Source of the DNA: Catajapyx aquilonaris
Lineage: Eukaryota
Direction of reading: 5' to 3'
Length of the DNA stretch: 64,000 nucleotides
NCBI GenBank assembly: GCA_000934665.2
Contig: KZ538072.1
Span: 62,001-126,000, forward strand
Positions 63,613-64,000 of the stretch are shown here, piece by piece. Both the position numbers and the translations under genes were made by a program. Positions within the stretch are counted from its first letter, which is position 1. Each line of letters opens with the position of its first letter. The notes beneath the pieces are model-generated. The model was not told the DNA's origin. It worked only from the letters and a program-made list of their open reading frames with translations, and did not search any database.

Positions 63613-63771
63613 GGCCAGGTTGCACAGGCTCCCGGAAAATTTGTCTGGCCGAAGAAGAGCCAGGATAGTTTGTTATTCATTGTTGTCAACAATTCTGTCA
63701 ACAATGAATAAGAAACTATCCTGGCTCTTCTTCGGCCAGACAAATTTTCCGGGAGCCGGTGCAACCCAGCC
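63613..63771. mobile_element. Young foldback MITE (possibly PIF/Harbinger-like)
   Basis: 68-bp arms 63618-63685 / 63699-63766 differ at only 2 positions; 13-bp spacer; GGC..GGTTGCAC termini; TSD not cleanly resolved. Confidence 0.85.
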
Positions 63772-64000
63772 TATAGGTCAAGACTCAAGAGTTAAACAGT
63801 ATAGACAACAAGATTGTTTGCTTCCATTCAATTTGACCTGTCCAAACCGGATCTGGATTCGGAGGAAACTTTTCTATTACTCATTTTTTGTTTGGTTCCG
63901 GCAAAAGGGGTTTCCTGGCAGTTTTTACAGCTCACTCCTCGGTTGATACAACCTGAAATGCAAACTGATCAATGACATAAGTTTCGAGAAACTTTAACAT

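Noticed and set aside
1..64000. Conserved bilaterian miRNAs (let-7, miR-10, miR-2, miR-7, miR-133, bantam and others) or homeobox exons
   Set aside because: A by-eye scan found only short seed-like matches without precursor hairpins and no homeodomain in the ORF track; not exhaustive without an Rfam/miRBase search.

Overview
Eukaryotic, almost certainly invertebrate-animal, non-coding DNA (large intron or intergenic region) from a short-read assembly: roughly 40-45% GC, six N-gaps that all touch poly-C/poly-G tracts, and no ORF with a recognisable protein family, rRNA, intact tRNA, operon or CRISPR array. What the sequence supports is a dense set of non-autonomous repeats: about ten MITE/foldback elements (TA-flanked Tc1/mariner-type, TTAA-flanked piggyBac-type, one Harbinger-like), two tRNA-derived SINEs, several minisatellites and microsatellites, and short hairpins. 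Most notable: the two SINEs differ in head and body but share a 3' hairpin tail with compensatory base-pair changes; one piggyBac-like MITE carries a TTAGG-like telomere-type repeat; there is a 32-bp inverted triplication and a possible decayed Crypton recombinase fragment. I found no convincing new protein-coding system. All family assignments come from recalled motifs, not database searches.
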